A DNA stretch of 64,000 nt from contig OZ024749.1 in NCBI GenBank assembly GCA_964016885.1, forward strand, positions 14,260,001 through 14,324,000. The letters run 5' to 3'. Origin of the DNA: Eledone cirrhosa (lineage: Eukaryota). The translations under genes were made by a program, and so were the position numbers. Below are positions 59,701 through 64,000 of the stretch, piece after piece. How positions within the stretch are numbered: the stretch's first letter is position 1; the number at the start of each line of letters is the position of its first letter. The notes under the pieces were generated by a model, which ran no database searches, was not told the origin of the DNA, and saw nothing but the letters and a program-made list of their open reading frames with translations.

Positions 59701-62700
59701 TACTATATGGCACTGGTCTTCCACACATACTATATGGCACAGGTCTGCCACACATACTATATGGCACAGGTCTGCCACACATACTATATGGCACAGGTCT
59801 TCCACACATACTATATGGCACAGGTCTGTCACACATACTATATGGCACATGTCTTCCACACATACTATATGGCACAGGTCTTCCACATATACTATATGGC
59901 ACAGGTCTGCCACACATACTATATGGCACAGGTCTGCCACACATACTATATGGCACAGGTCTTCCACACATACTATATGGCACAGGTCTGCCACACATAC
60001 TATATGGCACATGTCTTCCACACATACTATATGGCACAGGTCTTCCACACATACTATATGGCACTGGTCTTCCACACATACTATATGGCACAGGTCTGCC
60101 ACACATACTATATGGCACAGGTGTGCCAAACATACTATATGGCACAGGTGTGCCACACATACTATATGGCACAGGTGTGCCACACATACTATATGGCACA
60201 GGTCTGTCACACATACTATATGGCACAGGTGTCCCACACATACTATATGGCACAGGTCTTCCACACATACTATATGGCACAGGTGTCCCACACAAACTAT
60301 ATGGCACAGGTCTGTCACACATACTATATGGCACAGGTCTTCCACACATACTATATGGCACAGGTGTACCACACATACTATATGGCACAGGTCTGCTCAC
60401 ACATACTATATGGCACATGTCTTCCACACTATACTATATGGCACAGGTCTGTCACACATACTATATGGCACAGGTCTGTCACACATGCTATATGGCACAG
60501 GTCTTCCACACATACTATATGGCACAGGTGTGCCACACATACTATATGGCACAGGTCTGCCACACATACTATATGGCACAGGTGTGCCACACATACTATA
60601 TGGCACAGGTCTGTCACACATACTATATGGCACAGGTGTCCCACACATACTATATGGCACAGGTGTCCCACACATACTATATGGCACAGGTGTTCCACAC
60701 ATACTATATGGCACAGGTCTGTCACACATACTATATGGCACAGGTCTGCCACACATACTATATGGCACATGTGTGCCACACATACTATATGGCACAGGTC
60801 TGTCACACATACTATATGGCACAGGTCTGCCACATATACTATATGGCACATGTGTGCCACACATACTATATGGCACAGGTCTGTCACACATACTATATGG
60901 CACAGGTCTGCCACACATACTATATGGCACAGGTGTCCCACATACTATATGGCACAGGTCTGCCACACATACTATATGGCACATGTCTTCCACACATACT
61001 ATATGGCACAGGTCTTCCACACATACTATATGGCACAGGTGTACCACATATACTATATGGCACAGGTCTTCAACATATACTATATGGTACAGATCTGCCA
61101 CACATACTATATGGCACAGGTGTGCCACACATACTATATGGTACAGATCTGCCACACATACTATATGGCACAGGTCTGCCACACATACTATATGGCACAG
61201 GTCTTCCAGACATACTATATGGCACAGGTCTGCCACACATACTATATGGCACAGGTCTTCCACACATACTATATGGCACAGGTCTGCCACACACACTATA
61301 TGGCACATGTCTTCCACACATACTATATGGCACAGGTCTGCCACACATACTATATGGCACAGGTGTGCCAAATATACTATATGGCACAGGTCTGCCACAC
61401 ATACTACATGGCACATGTGTGCCACACATACTATATGGCACAGGTCTGTCACACATACTTTATGGCACAGGTGTCCCACACATACTATATGGCACAGGTC
61501 TTCCACACATACTATATGGCACAGGTGTCCCACACATACTATATGGCACAGGTCTGTCACACATACTATATGGCACAGGTCTTCCACACATACTATATGG
61601 CACAGGTGTACCACACATACTATATGGCACAGGTCTGCCACACATACTATATGGCACAGGTGTGCCACACATACTATATGGCACAGGTCTGTCACACATA
61701 CTATATGGCACAGGTGTGCCACACATGCTATATGGCACAGGTCTGTCACACATACTATATGGCACAGGTGTCCCACACATACTATATGGCACAGGTGTCC
61801 CACACATACTATATGGCACAGGTCTTCCACACATACTATATGGCACAGGTATGTCACACATACTATATGGCACAGGTCTGCCACACATACTATATGGCAC
61901 AGGTGTCCCACATACTATATGGCACAGGTCTGCCACACATACTATATGGCACATGTCTTCCACACATACTATATGGCACAGGTCTTCCACACATACTATA
62001 TGGCACAGGTGTACCACATATACTATATGGCACAGGTCTGCCACACATACTATATGGCACAGGTCTGTCACACATACTATATGGCACAGGTGTACCACAT
62101 ATACGATATGGCACAGGTGTACCACACATACTATATGGCACAGGTCTTCAACATATACTATATGGCACAGGTCTTCCACACATACTATATGGCACAGGTG
62201 TACCACATATACTATATGGCACATGTGTACCACACATACTATATGGCACAGGTGTACCACACATACTATATGGCACAGGTCTTCCACACATACTATATGG
62301 CACAGGTGTACCACACATACTATATGGCACAGGTCTGTCACACATGCTATATGGCACAGGTCTGCCACACATACTATATGGCACAGGTCTGCCACACATA
62401 CTATATGGCACAGGTGTCCCACACATACTATATGGCACAGGTCTTCCACACATACAATATGGCACAGGTCTGTCACACATACTATATGGCACAGGTGTGC
62501 CACACATACTATATGGTACAGATCTGCCACACATACTATATGGCACAGGTCTGCCACACATACTATATGGCACAGGTCTTCCAGACATACTATATGGCAC
62601 AGGTCTGCCACACATACTATATGGCACAGGTCTTCCACACATACTATATGGCACAGGTCTGCCACACACACTATATGGCACATGTCTTCCACACATACTA

Positions 62701-64000
62701 TATGGCACAGGTCTGCCACACATACTATATGGCACAGGTGTGCCAAACATACTATATGGCACAGGTCTGCCACACATACTACATGGCACATGTGTGCCAC
62801 ACATACTATATGGCACAGGTCTGTCACACATACTTTATGGCACAGGTGTCCCACACATACTATATGGCACAGGTCTTCCACACATACTATATGGCACAGG
62901 TGTCCCACACATACTATATGGCACAGGTCTGTCACACATACTATATGGCACAGGTCTTCCACACATACTATATGGCACAGGTCTTCCACACATACTATAT
63001 GGCACAGGTCTGCCACACATACTATATGGCACATGTCTTCCACACATACTATATGGCACAGGTCTGTCACACATACTATATGGCACAGGTCTGTCACACA
63101 TGCTATATGGCACAGGTCTTCCACACATACTATATGGCACAGGTGTGCCACACATACTATATGGCACAGGTCTGTCACACATACTATATGGCACAGGTGT
63201 GCCACACATGCTATATGGCACAGGTCTGTCACACATACTATATGGCACAGGTGTCCCACACATACTATATGGCACAGGTGTCCCACACATACTATATGGC
63301 ACAGGTCTTCCACACATACTATATGGCACAGGTATGTCACACATACTATATGGCACAGGTCTGCCACACATACTATATGGCACAGGTGTCCCACACATAC
63401 TATATGGCACAGGTGTCCCACACATACTATATGGCACAGGTATTCCACACATACTATATGGCACAGGTGTACCACACATACTATATGGCACAGGTCTTCC
63501 ACACATACTATATGGCACAGGTCTTCCACACATACTATATGGCACAGGTGTCCCACACATACTATATGGCACAGGTCTGTCACACATACTATATGGCACA
63601 GGTCTGCCACACATACTATATGGCACAGGTGTACCACACATACTATATAGCACAGGTGTCCCACACATACTATATGGCACAGGTCTGCCACACATACTAT
63701 ATGGCACAGGTCTGTCACACATACTATAAGGCACAGGTGTCCCACACATACTATATGGCACAGGTGTCCCACACATACTATATGGCACAGGTCTTCCACA
63801 CATACTATATGGCACAGGTCTGTCACACATACTATATGGCACAGGTCTGTCACACATGCTATATGGCACAGGTCTTCCACACATACTATATGGCACAGGT
63901 GTGCCACACATACTATATGGCACAGGTCTGCCACACATACTATATGGCACAGGTGTGCCACACATACTATATGGCACAGGTCTGTCACACATACTATATG
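35727..64000. repeat. 27-bp minisatellite (>1040 copies, continues past the window end) with higher-order repeats
   Basis: Consensus ATATGGCACAGGT[C/G/A]T[T/G/C/A][C/T]CACACATACT, with occasional 25- or 26-bp units. Confidence 0.99.

Noticed and set aside
35690-63992. ORFs up to 4012 aa (MAQVFHTYY / HILYGTGLP / CGRPVPYSM repeats) as genes
   Set aside because: The 27-bp unit is open in five frames and the ORFs switch peptide register at indels. There is no gene structure; the idea is kept only as a low-interest test.
14726-64000. CRISPR-like interpretation of the regular arrays
   Set aside because: There are no unique spacers and no cas genes, the context is eukaryotic, and the units are head-to-tail.

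Overview
Repeat-saturated, AT-rich eukaryotic non-coding DNA. The SINE/LINE families and compound (TA)n tracts suggest an octopus or other cephalopod, which is an inference. I find no supportable host protein-coding gene: nearly all long ORFs are translations of tandem repeats. (1) 1-14.3 kb: large compound (TA)/(TATG)/(TACA) microsatellites containing a Tc1/mariner-type MITE, RTE-clade LINE 3' ends, and several fold-back elements inserted in (TA)n. These fold-backs carry type I hammerhead ribozyme motifs and have Penelope-like pLTR architecture; one motif lies about 30 nt downstream of a CCAAT/CACCC/TATA set and another has a U3-A8 core variant. (2) 14.5-33.6 kb: one 5'-truncated, minus-strand R4/Dong-like RLE LINE, about 1.3 kb before expansion. 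Two segments of its ORF have been amplified in place into a 59-bp array (~35 copies) and a 73-bp satellite (~218 copies, with nested higher-order repeats). (3) 33.7-35.6 kb: a cluster of tRNA-derived SINEs. (4) 35.7 kb to the window end: a 27-bp minisatellite (>1000 copies) with position-restricted variation and kb-scale higher-order repeats.
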